DNA from: an uncultured Nitrososphaerota archaeon
Lineage (GTDB): Archaea; Thermoproteota; Nitrososphaeria; Nitrososphaerales; CADDZS01
Assembly (NCBI GenBank): GCA_963799845.1
Contig: CAWCYI010000006.1
Coordinates: forward strand, 1,664,001-1,728,000
Direction of reading: 5' to 3'
Length of the DNA stretch: 64,000 nt
Of this stretch, positions 9,625 through 19,505 are shown piece by piece (position 1 is the first letter of the stretch; the number at the start of each line of letters is the position of its first letter). Position numbers and translations under genes: made by a program. The notes beneath the pieces are model-generated. The model saw nothing but the letters and a program-made list of their open reading frames with translations, did no database searches and was not told where the DNA came from.

Positions 9625-10377
9625 GTGGATCTATCCGTCGCGACGATTCTCTGGGGCAAGTTGAGAAGCACCGATGATTTCAGGGAACTATTGTCGAACG
9701 TAAGGGGTATTGGATTTGATGGAATCGGTTTTGAAACGAGATTCCTGCCCTCCCAAATTCTACGAAAGCCCGAAGTGATACCTGAAATGGTCGCGAGTGT
9801 TGGTCTTGAAAATGTAGGATCTTATTCATCCATGAAACCGTCGGACATTGAGTTTGCTGCAAGGTCTAGGACTCCTTTATTGTGGGTCGTTGTGCGAAGG
9901 GAAAAGACTATCAAAGAAGCGATAAAGACGTTGACAAAGTTCGCCAAACAGGCGATGGATTCTTCAGTCGTGCCGGCCTTACACAACCACTTGGGGACTT
10001 GTTTTGAAACGGAGCAGGAAATTGCGCAGGCGCTTGACAAAGTTGAAGATCTGAAGCTGTGCTTTGATACTGCGCACGCCGAGGCCGCGAATATCGACTC
10101 TCTAAATTTCATAAGAAAATACCGTGACAAGATAGCGCTTGTCCATCTGAAAGATCTTAGGAGGAGAGTCACGAAAAGCAGGGTCTCCTTCACCAAGGAC
10201 TTTGTAAATGTGGGGAGCGGGATTATCGATTTTCAGAAGGTCATCTCGAATCTGAAAGACTGCGGTTACAATGGGCATCTTATGCTGGAGCTCGACGCAG
10301 CAAAAGGAAAGTCGCCCGATCAACTTGCAAGCGAGGGCTATTCTCGAATCGCAAATCTTCTATCGTCGTTTCAATAG
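9625..10377 (+). CDS. Sugar-phosphate isomerase/epimerase TIM barrel (IolE-like), paralog of 8112..8849
   Basis: GFDGIGFE, LHNHLGTCFET, CFDTAH, LVHLKD, GSGIIDF, LMLELD. Confidence 0.82.
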   Translation: MDLSVATILWGKLRSTDDFRELLSNVRGIGFDGIGFETRFLPSQILRKPEVIPEMVASVGLENVGSYSSMKPSDIEFAARSRTPLLWVVVRREKTIKEAIKTLTKFAKQAMDSSVVPALHNHLGTCFETEQEIAQALDKVEDLKLCFDTAHAEAANIDSLNFIRKYRDKIALVHLKDLRRRVTKSRVSFTKDFVNVGSGIIDFQKVISNLKDCGYNGHLMLELDAAKGKSPDQLASEGYSRIANLLSSFQ

Positions 10378-10448
10378 AGTTCGTCCAAAACTTCTGTGCA
10401 AACTTCCGTAAATTTAGAAACCGTTACCGAACCTAAACTTCTGGAGTA

Positions 10449-11066
10449 CTAAATCGCTACAAAGTCGGTCACGATCACAACTGAGCCTATTACAAGGAAA
10501 ACAAGCAAGGAAAGTATCCGCAGGCGTCTCGGTGACAGGTACCGCTTCAGCCGGCTTCCAAGGATCGTTTCTACCGCCGAGGCTGCAACCAGCGCAAGCA
10601 CCGCACCAAGAAAAACAAGCAAGGCGTTTGAAAATCTCGCGACAAAAACAATTGTTAAAATCTCCGTGGCATCGCCTGCAAGATCTAGAATCACTAGCAA
10701 TGAAACCGCCCCAAGAAATATCGACCACGCTGTCTTCCTCTTTGCCCGTTCGATGAGTCTTTTTTCTTCATTTTCCTCCTCATTCGCGCTTACGTACTGC
10801 CAGAACGCAAAGACGATCATTATCACTCCACCCGCCAGCCTGATCCAGAAGACGGGGACGACGCTGACGAGGAAATATCCGACCGTGACGATTATCGTCG
10901 TGGTTATCGTGAAGGCGGTCGCTCCGGCGGCAAAAGCAATCCGTGGTCTTATCCTCGTAGCCAGGGTGAGGAGCAAGAGCGCATCCTTGTCGGTCAGCTC
11001 GGCGATGAAAATGGTCACTACTACCGTGAAGAATGGGACGATCAGTGAACCTATTTCCAACGCCAA
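10449..11066 (-). CDS. TMEM165/GDT1 (UPF0016) family cation transporter
   Basis: Two repeats of 3 TM helices with a charged central loop; motifs IFIAELTDK and LDLAGDATE resemble E-x-G-D-K-T. Confidence 0.75.
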   Translation of the reverse strand: MALEIGSLIVPFFTVVVTIFIAELTDKDALLLLTLATRIRPRIAFAAGATAFTITTTIIVTVGYFLVSVVPVFWIRLAGGVIMIVFAFWQYVSANEEENEEKRLIERAKRKTAWSIFLGAVSLLVILDLAGDATEILTIVFVARFSNALLVFLGAVLALVAASAVETILGSRLKRYLSPRRLRILSLLVFLVIGSVVIVTDFVAI

Positions 11067-11351
11067 TTACTGATTCGAGTGCTCCATTCCCGTCCGTTGC
11101 AAAATTGTCAATATTTGAGTTCTGTTATGGAATTCACATTGGTAAAATGATCCCCGAGATGAAACCCATTGTTATTCGAAAGATTCTTTATAAAATCAGG
11201 ATGAAGGGTCGGTTCTCGACTCATTCCATCGTGCGGGGCGAATTACCCAATAGTCAACCAAGTAACCAATTCTCTCAGGCAGTTTTTATACCTGCCCAGA
11301 AATGCCTGGATTCTAACTTCGACTTCCGCCGTCTGGACTGTCGGCAGCGCC

Positions 11352-12474
11352 ATGGCCAACCCGTACCAGACGCTCTACTTTTCGGCGCTTGGTGCAAGTC
11401 CCTTCACGATCGGTCTTCTGGTTGCATACGGAACGGCCGTGACGATAATTGCAACGCTTGTAGGCGGCTACATTGCAGATACTCTCGGAAGAAAAAGAGT
11501 CGTGATCGTATTTCAGCTGGATGTCAGTCCTCTCGGCGTTTGTCTACTTTCTGATCGGTTCGTCGATTTTGATCACGATACCTCTCACGATAGCTTCGGT
11601 TTCGAGTCTTTACTCTCCCGCCTTCAATTCAATCATGATGGACTCGATAAACCCGGCCGATAGGGTAAGGGGTTTCTCAGTATTCAATGCAATCAACACG
11701 TTTCCGTCGGTCTTTGCTCCAACCTTCGGCGGTCTGCTTATGAACTACTTCGGAATCCTGAACGGGATCAAGTTTGCCTACCTGGGGTCGACAATCTTTG
11801 GAATCGTTGCAGTGTCGATCCGTACTAAGAGGCTTCAGGAAACCTATCTCGTCAGTCGAAATCCATTGGAGGCTCGACACTCTCCCTGGTTTTACATCAA
11901 GAGTTCTGTTACCTCAGGCGTCACAGCCATCAGGAAATCCGACCCTATCGTGAAGAAATTGCTCCTCTATGTCACACTGGCAGGCGTAGGCACGGGACTT
12001 ACGTCCCCATACATCTCGCTCTACGTTGTGAACTATCTCAAAATATCGCCGGTTAGTTACAGCATAGTCGTAGATTTAGCGGGGCTATCGACTGTAATCT
12101 TGCTCCTCGTCGTCGTCTTTTTGATTCAGAGGTTGGGAGCAAAGAAGAGCACTTTACTTGCGTCCGTTGCTGCGCCTGTCAGCAACGTGATGTTCGCGCA
12201 GGCGAAAACGATGGACGAACTGCTCGAGTGGGGCGTCACTGGAGCAGTCGCGACGGCAATTCAAACGCCCTCGCTTGCAACAATGCAGGCTGAGGCAATT
12301 CCAATAGAAGAAAGGGGAAAGATTCTTGCTATGTTTAGTACTTTACCCGCACTAGTGTCTCTTCCTTCGCAGGTGACAGCGGGATATCTATACACCAATG
12401 TCTCTCCAGTATCGCCTTTCATTATTTCGCTCTTGCCGTTTGGAGCGGCGGCATTTATTCTGGCCACAGCTTAG
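11352..12474 (+). CDS. MFS transporter, frameshift near 11515; frame is open further upstream (about 11250)
   Basis: GGYIADTLGRKR (MFS motif A), ERGKILA, about 12 hydrophobic segments across two ORFs. Confidence 0.8.
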
Positions 12475-12564
12475 AAGAGGCAAAAAGAAAATTCTGAATC
12501 AAGAGTTTTTCGATGGCATCGCTGTAATTTCTTCGATAAAAAATCCTTGGCCCGTGATATGTGA

Positions 12565-12798
12565 TTGGCCGTAATTGGTACCGGTATATCGAATGACAAC
12601 ATATACAATTTATTTGGAGATGGATCTGAGGTACAGTTCAGTGATCCATTATTGGGTTTTTACAATCAAAATATTGACGCCATTGCCGAGCCATGCCCAA
12701 TTTGTGAGGAACTCGGAGCCGAGCTCGCTAATCTAGAGGAAAGCGAGCTTATCTGGTTTGAGTCTCACATGGAAAAAGAACACGGACTGGTAAAATAG
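12565..12798 (+). CDS. Small acidic protein with CxxC-x20-HxxxxH motif
   Basis: CPIC...WFESHMEKEH. Confidence 0.55.
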   Translation: MAVIGTGISNDNIYNLFGDGSEVQFSDPLLGFYNQNIDAIAEPCPICEELGAELANLEESELIWFESHMEKEHGLVK

Positions 12799-12809
12799 CC
12801 GAGCCCTTT

Positions 12810-13250
12810 CTACTGAGCCGGAATTTGAAGCACATTCATCTTCTGCATTATTCCAGTGAGCCTGTTTAATTTCTCAAGATTTTCCGTCAGAAAGTTCTTG
12901 CCCGCATCAGTCAGAGTGAAGATCCTTTTTCTGCGCAGTTGATTTTCGCCCAGAGACACCCATCGGCCCTGTATCAAGCCCAATCTTTCAAGGGATGCCA
13001 GGTTTGGATAGAGCGTCCCGAAGCTTATTTCGTGATTGAATGATGCCTTTATGCTCTTTCTGAGTTCGTATCCGGTCAGCGGTTTTGTGTGGAGCAAACT
13101 GAGCATTTCCAGGCGGAGTATGTCCGGCATGCGGTCGGCACCGCTGCTTACCGTTTTCGCATGAATTTCTGTTACCGCTGGATCTACAGTCCGGTTTTCA
13201 ATTTCAGCAATAACATTGGAATTCTCGGAATCTTCATGAATACTTTCCAA
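12810..13250 (-). CDS. PadR family transcriptional regulator
   Basis: PLTGYEL...ISFGTLYPNLASLERLGLI...RKRIFTLTDAG. Confidence 0.85.
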   Translation of the reverse strand: MESIHEDSENSNVIAEIENRTVDPAVTEIHAKTVSSGADRMPDILRLEMLSLLHTKPLTGYELRKSIKASFNHEISFGTLYPNLASLERLGLIQGRWVSLGENQLRRKRIFTLTDAGKNFLTENLEKLNRLTGIMQKMNVLQIPAQ

Positions 13251-13343
13251 TTCAAAACCGGAGTCCAGTTGAGAGAAATTTGAATAAGATATTTCGGGAG
13301 GCGAGACACCGAGTTTGAATCTATCAACCTAGACCGGATGTTT

Positions 13344-13685
13344 CTAATGGATTGGCAGGATGTTCAAATCCTCTCTGATGTTGTTGAAGGTCTTTACAAG
13401 ATCGAACCCTTTTTCAGTCAGCTCATAATATTCACGTTTTTGCTCGATTCTGACCTGGACCAGTCCTCTTTCAATCAGGATCTTGAGGCAGCGCTTTGTT
13501 TCGATCCATGACATGTTGGCGTGATACATGACCCTGGTCGGGGCCGTTTCGCCCGCTGCAATCACCGAGAGAGTGTCGCAGAGCATCTCCATCTTTGATC
13601 GCCTAACTGCGCGACTCTGGATCTCCTGCTTTTCTGGTTGGTGCTCCTGAAGCTCCACTTGTAGATTCATGTTAAGTATCTTCAA
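13344..13685 (-). CDS. Archaeal winged-helix transcriptional regulator (HTH_45-like)
   Basis: RRSKMEM..DTL...PTRVMYHANMSW...YELTEKG. Confidence 0.8.
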   Translation of the reverse strand: MKILNMNLQVELQEHQPEKQEIQSRAVRRSKMEMLCDTLSVIAAGETAPTRVMYHANMSWIETKRCLKILIERGLVQVRIEQKREYYELTEKGFDLVKTFNNIREDLNILPIH

Positions 13686-13880
13686 TATTGAGTGTAGAGC
13701 TCCGGTTTAATCTCGGTTTCCTCACTCCGTTTCTAAATCCGGGTGAAACGAGCTTTATAGGGACAGAATCCAGATCTTTGAACTTCCCAGCAGCTTAGGA
13801 AATGCTCTAGATCAGATACATCAGAACACGATACGAGTCAGGCGAATCGAAGACTCTTTGTCAAAAGTAAATTTTGATTG

Positions 13881-14684
13881 TTACGTGGATACCATCGGAG
13901 GATAGGAGCGCTTGTGTCTGCTTGCCAAATTGAGTCGAATCACTTCATTGACCAGTGAAAGTGGAGCTCCAGTTTTTCTGCTCACTTCCCGAGGGCCGAG
14001 GCTATGATCGAAGAGTAGAGACAGCACGGGATCGAGGGTTTCATAGTCCGCAGGTAGTTCGTCGGTTGCTTTATGTCCCTTCCACAGATTTGGGCTGGAG
14101 GGTTTTGTGACGAGATTCTTGGACAGACCGAGACGCCGCCCTAAAGCCCTGACCTGTCCCTTGTAAAGATGCGCAATTGGGAGAATGTCCACACCACCAT
14201 CGCCGAATTTAGTAAAATAGCCTAAAAGGTCCTCGCTCTTGTCGCCAGTTCCCGCTACAAGATAATTCTCCTGATTTGCGTAAGCGTAAAGGATCGTCAT
14301 TCTTATCCTGGCTTTCAAGTTCGCCAGGGTGATTTTAGAAACATTAAGTTCCTTCGTTCTCAAGACTTCTTCGTAAGCTGAAACAAGCGAAGAGATCCGG
14401 ATATCCACAGATCTTATACCGAGATCACCTGCGAGCGCCTTTGCATCCCTATAATCGATCGAATCCCTGTGGAAATCTTCAAACAAAAGCAGTCCCAGTA
14501 CTCGATTAGGACCCTGAGATCTCTTGCAGAGTGAAGCTACGACTGAGCTGTCGATACCGCCGCTGATCCCTACAACGAACCCCTTTGCGTTCGAAGACTC
14601 TATGGAGCGGTTCAAGAATTCCGTTATTCGTGCGATTTCAAAGTCTGGATCAATATCCGATTTTATCTTCATTTTCTCTTCCAA
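13881..14684 (-). CDS. nadE: NH3-dependent NAD+ synthetase
   Basis: GISGGIDSSV, NLKARIRM, GYFTKFGDGG, KPSSPNLW. Confidence 0.95.
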   Translation of the reverse strand: MEEKMKIKSDIDPDFEIARITEFLNRSIESSNAKGFVVGISGGIDSSVVASLCKRSQGPNRVLGLLLFEDFHRDSIDYRDAKALAGDLGIRSVDIRISSLVSAYEEVLRTKELNVSKITLANLKARIRMTILYAYANQENYLVAGTGDKSEDLLGYFTKFGDGGVDILPIAHLYKGQVRALGRRLGLSKNLVTKPSSPNLWKGHKATDELPADYETLDPVLSLLFDHSLGPREVSRKTGAPLSLVNEVIRLNLASRHKRSYPPMVST

Positions 14685-14826
14685 AATTTGCTGACCAAAC
14701 TCGATGCTTTAAGCAAAAGGCTTAATCATAATAGATTACTGACACGGATGCGGGTTCGGAATATCGTCGAATCTAATACTACAGTTATATATCAAAGAAG
14801 CCCCGAAAGTCTTTGTCTGCCCTACC

Positions 14827-16629
14827 ATGTGCGGGATAATTGCTTACACGGGTGATGAAAACGCCGCCCCGATCTTGCTTGAGGGGCTGAAGCGGCTCGA
14901 ATACAGGGGATATGACTCCGCCGGTATTCTAACGATTAACGACAACGATCAGTTTGAACTCAAAAAAGACGTAGGCAAAGTTCTTGAAATTCACAATCGG
15001 CTAGATCTGCTCGACCTCAAAGGTTCTATTGGAATTGCGCACACCAGGTGGGCGACGCACGGCGGCGTTACGCAGGAAAATGCTCATCCTCATATCTCTA
15101 ACAACCAGAAAATAGCGGTTATCCACAACGGAATAATCGAGAATTACAAGGACCTCAAGGCACAACTAGTGTCGGAAGGATTCCACTTTTTCAGCGAGAC
15201 TGACACCGAAGTTGTCCCCAACATGATAGAGTACTGGATGCGGATTCGCGGCGTAGATTTTGTCCAGGCGGTGCTCAACACCTTCCAGTCATTGGAGGGA
15301 AATTTTGCAATAGTGGTAATTGACAGGGACTCGAAAACAATAATCGGTTCAAAGAACGGCTCGCCGCTGGTACTCGGAGTCGGGCAAAACAATGATTTCT
15401 TTCTTGCGAGCGACATACCCGCGTTCCTTGATCAGACTAAAGACGTTGTGTACCTCTACGATGGCGATACCGTGGTAATCAGGCAGCCAAAGCTCGAGGG
15501 CGAGGTGCGTCGTTACGAGATTCTGGATTTTCGGACTGGAAAACGGGAAGAGAGACCCGTTCAGAGCGTCTCGTGGGATATCGAGCACGCCGCAAAGGGT
15601 GAGTTCGATCACTTTATGCTAAAGGAGATATTCGAGCAGGCCGATACGATCAAGAGAGCCGCCTCCCAAGACAGGGCGACGATCGAAGAGATTACGGCAC
15701 GGATCAGAAAAGCGCGCGGTGTCTTTCTGATCGGATGTGGCTCGTCGTACAATGCGTGCCTCTCCGCAAGTTATCTATTTTCAAAGCTGGCGTCTTTTCA
15801 CATCAACACGGTTCTCGCCAGCGAGTTCTCGGCGTATGAGGATTTTCTCAAGGAAGACACACTCGTTATCGCGGTAACGCAGAGCGGCGAGACAATCGAC
15901 GTACTTGACGCGATAAAGACGGCCAAGCAAAAGGGCTGTCAGATTATTTCTATCGTCAACGTAATGGGATCTTCCGCTACGCAGTTTGCGGACACTTCTT
16001 TATTCCTGAATGCCGGACCCGAGGTCTCCGTGCTTTCGACGAAGACATACACAGCTCAGCTCGCGGTGCTTACCCTGCTCGCATTCTCTTTGGCGGGAAG
16101 GTATGACGAGGGAGTTCGCGAGTTGAAGTTTCTTGAGAACATTCTCCTCAATCTAACATCCCGGCATATGAGAGACGAGATAAAGGAGCTCGCAGACAGG
16201 CTCGCGACCACGGAGCACATTTTCGTCCTGGGAAGGGGGTCTCTATACGCGACCGCCCTGGAGGCGGCATTGAAGATTAAGGAGGTTTCGTACATTCACG
16301 CGGAAGCCTTCGCGGGTGGGGAGTTGAAACACGGCCCCATCTCCCTCATAGGGAAGGGAACCCCAATCATAGTGTTCTTCTCAAAGGACACCGAGTCGAA
16401 GATTCTCTCGAATGCTATGGAGGTCAAGAGTCGTGGAGGATATCTTATCGGTATCGGACCTGCAAAGCTTGACGTGTTCGACTTTCCCATAAAAGTCCCG
16501 GAGAGCGAGGAGCTGAACCCCATCTGCCAGATTATTCCAATCCAGATCCTCGCTTATCAGCTCGCGGTAATATTAGGGCATGACCCCGATAGGCCGCGAA
16601 ACCTGGCGAAGAGCGTTACTGTCCGTTAA
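14827..16629 (+). CDS. glmS: Glutamine--fructose-6-phosphate aminotransferase (isomerizing)
   Basis: MCGI, LEYRGYDSAG, HTRWATHG, QSGET, ELKHGP, PRNLAKSVTV. Confidence 0.97.
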   Translation: MCGIIAYTGDENAAPILLEGLKRLEYRGYDSAGILTINDNDQFELKKDVGKVLEIHNRLDLLDLKGSIGIAHTRWATHGGVTQENAHPHISNNQKIAVIHNGIIENYKDLKAQLVSEGFHFFSETDTEVVPNMIEYWMRIRGVDFVQAVLNTFQSLEGNFAIVVIDRDSKTIIGSKNGSPLVLGVGQNNDFFLASDIPAFLDQTKDVVYLYDGDTVVIRQPKLEGEVRRYEILDFRTGKREERPVQSVSWDIEHAAKGEFDHFMLKEIFEQADTIKRAASQDRATIEEITARIRKARGVFLIGCGSSYNACLSASYLFSKLASFHINTVLASEFSAYEDFLKEDTLVIAVTQSGETIDVLDAIKTAKQKGCQIISIVNVMGSSATQFADTSLFLNAGPEVSVLSTKTYTAQLAVLTLLAFSLAGRYDEGVRELKFLENILLNLTSRHMRDEIKELADRLATTEHIFVLGRGSLYATALEAALKIKEVSYIHAEAFAGGELKHGPISLIGKGTPIIVFFSKDTESKILSNAMEVKSRGGYLIGIGPAKLDVFDFPIKVPESEELNPICQIIPIQILAYQLAVILGHDPDRPRNLAKSVTVR

Positions 16630-17138
16630 GACAATCTCACGTACTGCTGGGCATCTCCGGACATTTGTGAGATTACCACCGCGGTCCCGAAAGCAATTAT
16701 CTCGTCCATGGTATTGCCTACTTCGGTCGAGTCAAAATTTACGCTGATAACCGCGTTCGCCCCCATGCTCTGCGCATGTTCCTGAAGCCTGTCCAGTGCC
16801 TGCTGTCGAGCCTGGTGAGCGAGTTCAGTGTACTCCTTAATCTCCCCTCCGCCGATTGTTCTCAATCCGGCTATGATGTTGCCACCGAGCCCTCTTGATC
16901 TAACTGTAATTCCGTAGGTCATTCCTAGAACCCTGTCGATCTTGTATCCAGGAACATACGGCGCGGTAAACAGCATCGGAAGCCCCCAACCACCACCTTG
17001 AGCATTAACCGTCCCAAGCGCTGCGACAGGTGCTGTCACGGCTGCAGTCGAATTAGGAGTGGGCTTCAACTGAGCTCTGCAGTTTGGACAAAAAGTTGCA
17101 TCGTCGCTGACTTGTTTCCCGCACTTTGGACAGAACAT
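16626..17138 (-). CDS. YbjQ (UPF0145) family protein with N-terminal zinc ribbon
   Basis: FCPKCG...FCPNC, then GLRTIGGGEIKEYTEL...GANAVI...AFGTAV. Confidence 0.88.
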   Translation of the reverse strand: MFCPKCGKQVSDDATFCPNCRAQLKPTPNSTAAVTAPVAALGTVNAQGGGWGLPMLFTAPYVPGYKIDRVLGMTYGITVRSRGLGGNIIAGLRTIGGGEIKEYTELAHQARQQALDRLQEHAQSMGANAVISVNFDSTEVGNTMDEIIAFGTAVVISQMSGDAQQYVRLS

Positions 17139-17184
17139 TTAGAAAATCTCTTGTCCAGTCCAAATCTGTCCCCGGTATAAAACG

Positions 17185-18388
17185 CTAACCCAGTTTCTGA
17201 GTATCGACTTGCTCGGGGTTCGGATATTTCCTTGCCCAACTAACAACGAGCGGTGCAAAGAATGCAAGGCAGATCAAACTGGAAAAAATCCAGGCGAACT
17301 CGTATCCTACAAAGATGACTGCGTATGAGAAAAAAATCGGACCGAAAAAGCTCCCCACCAACGACAACGTAATTGCCCAGCTGACTCCCAGCACTTCATA
17401 CTCCATTTCATGCCTGCCAAGTCTGTCTCGATGCCGCAACGCAGACTATGAAACCACCAGAGCTGAAAAACCCGACAAATAAAGTGGATAGAATCGAGCC
17501 GTTCAGATTATTTAGAGCACTCACCGCTAGTCCAAAGGCTGTAAGGGTCCCCAGGCATAGAATTAGCGGCTTCATTTTCTTCGTCCGGTCGAATATTTTG
17601 CCGAAAATGACCGAAGCCGTGACGCCGGAAATTGGAAGAAGACTAGCTATCAGTCCCGAGACCAGCGGATTCTGCCTCAACCCCGACGACAGATAGAACA
17701 CCATGAAATTTCCCACGAGTGCGCTCGCAAATTCCAGTCCGAGCAAGGAGATACCCACCGTCAGGAGCCACCTGTCAAGAAGAAGGTTTTTGATCTTCGG
17801 AACGTGGATCTTGAAATCCTCTCTGATTGACTCTCTCGGCATTATTGCGAGAAATGCGAGTCCGACCACCAGCCCTGTGGCAGCATTCGACGCGAGAACT
17901 ATGCGCCAGCCGTACTGAGAGGCGATGATTGTGTTTCCAACGTAGGCGAAGATTCCTCCGATCAGAGAAAAGGCGTCATAGACCCCAACTCCAAATCCCT
18001 CTTTTCCGGGAGGATAGTAACTAGCTATCAAACTCACTCCCGGAGTGAACATGAACGCGAGGCCCGCGCCAATGATGAACCTCAATACAATCAGGCCGAA
18101 GGCATCAGACTGAACAGCGCTCGCCAGCGTGGCGAGGGAAGACATCGCGGTCCCGATGATTATCGTACCCTTCATCCCGATCCTCATAGAAAGAAGTCCC
18201 GAAGGTATCTGGCAAAGCCCGACGCCCGCGAGAAAACTCGCAGACATCAGCCCCAGCACGGATATGCCGAGCTTCAGATCTGAAGCGATGAACGGAAAAA
18301 TTGCCGAGGAATTGAACCAGAATATTCCAGAAACAAGACTAGTCAGGAATAAGATCGATATTGCAGGAAGGCTGGTCTCTCGTTTCAA
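17185..18388 (-). CDS. MFS transporter, frameshift near 17420
   Basis: Hydrophobic 12-TM pattern, GLLSMRIGMK and FGKIFDRT; the last two TMs are in the adjacent frame. Confidence 0.8.
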
Positions 18389-18523
18389 CTGGATTTGTCA
18401 AGGTGAAAGTAACCTTCTAGTAAAAAGTATCTAATGAAATCTTTTGCATTCTAAGCTCAAACATGTACCTATTTTTAGGGCAAGGTTTTTCTGTATCGGG
18501 GTGAATATCTGTCAGAAAAGTCG

Positions 18524-19036
18524 TTACGTCTTGGTCGCGGCACCAGCAGCCAGCTCTCCCTGGTATCGTCCAGAATACTTTTGAGAAAATTCTTTGTCAG
18601 ATTTCAAAATTATGAGCTGTCCTATCCTGGAAAACTTTTGGATTCGCGCTGGTCTGTGGCAGACGAGCATGACTTTTGGCTGGCCCGAGTAGCCAGGATC
18701 AAATAAAGCTGTTCTTACGTCGAGCCCGTTTCTGAGCAGCGTCGATCTCGGAAGTAAGATCCCAATAGCGTCTGGAGGAATAGTGGTGATCTCGTTCAGC
18801 TCTACAAAATAAGCTCCTGCTTCAAGATCATAATATGAACCATTGACTAGAGGTACATCCTCTAACGTCGAATTCTCTCCCTTTGCAATTCCCAGAGTGA
18901 ATCTGGTCTGCGGGAAAGAATGAATGTTGTTAACTGTTACATCGAACCCGGCAGGCTGTTTTTGCTCGCCGGAATCCGCGTCGATTACTTTTCTAACAAG
19001 TAGATCAATCTCGTCGCCCGATAATATCCTCGGCAT
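18524..19036 (-). CDS. dut: Archaeal dUTPase / dCTP deaminase family protein
   Basis: QPAGFDVT, LLPRSTLLRNG, FDPGYSG, RIGQL, YSGRYQGE. Confidence 0.8.
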   Translation of the reverse strand: MPRILSGDEIDLLVRKVIDADSGEQKQPAGFDVTVNNIHSFPQTRFTLGIAKGENSTLEDVPLVNGSYYDLEAGAYFVELNEITTIPPDAIGILLPRSTLLRNGLDVRTALFDPGYSGQPKVMLVCHRPARIQKFSRIGQLIILKSDKEFSQKYSGRYQGELAAGAATKT

Positions 19037-19077
19037 TTCTGTCTACGAGGAATTTATCGGATTGATAAAGCGTTTTT

Positions 19078-19446
19078 CTACTTTCGTCTCTCGGACATCA
19101 GGCGATATACTTCAGGTATAGCGGACGCGTAGCCAACGTGCACGCAGTCCTTCTTCTCATCAAGCATGCAGATCAATTCTTTGCCATGGACCTGAACTTC
19201 GACTATCCGTCCAATTTTGTTGTCCTTGATCATGATCGAGTTATCCTGCAGGCCAATCTTTTGCATGTATGGTGCTGCGAGCGACAAATTCTCGTCAGCC
19301 TCGATAGTTTCAATTATCAGATCATTGACGTATTTGGAAAAACTCTTCGTTAGTTTCTCGGCCCTGACTTTCTGGTTATACCTCTGCTTCGCCTTGTCAT
19401 GAGCCTGCTGAGTAATGGTGATTACACTAAAGCCTTCCTTGGGCAT
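19078..19446 (-). CDS. Hypothetical archaeal protein (RHH-like N-terminus, C-terminal C-x6-C-x-H)
   Basis: MPKEGFSVITI...; LICMLDEKKDCVHVGY; clean ORF with an upstream TATA box. Confidence 0.65.
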   Translation of the reverse strand: MPKEGFSVITITQQAHDKAKQRYNQKVRAEKLTKSFSKYVNDLIIETIEADENLSLAAPYMQKIGLQDNSIMIKDNKIGRIVEVQVHGKELICMLDEKKDCVHVGYASAIPEVYRLMSERRK

Positions 19447-19505
19447 GTTCTCATTACAGTAAAATTACAGGACGTCTTATATCCTTTACTGTCTCAATGG
19501 AGCGA

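Noticed and set aside
14690-14826. Possible glmS ribozyme upstream of glmS
   Set aside because: Region is short, holds divergent TATA promoters, and shows no ribozyme core.
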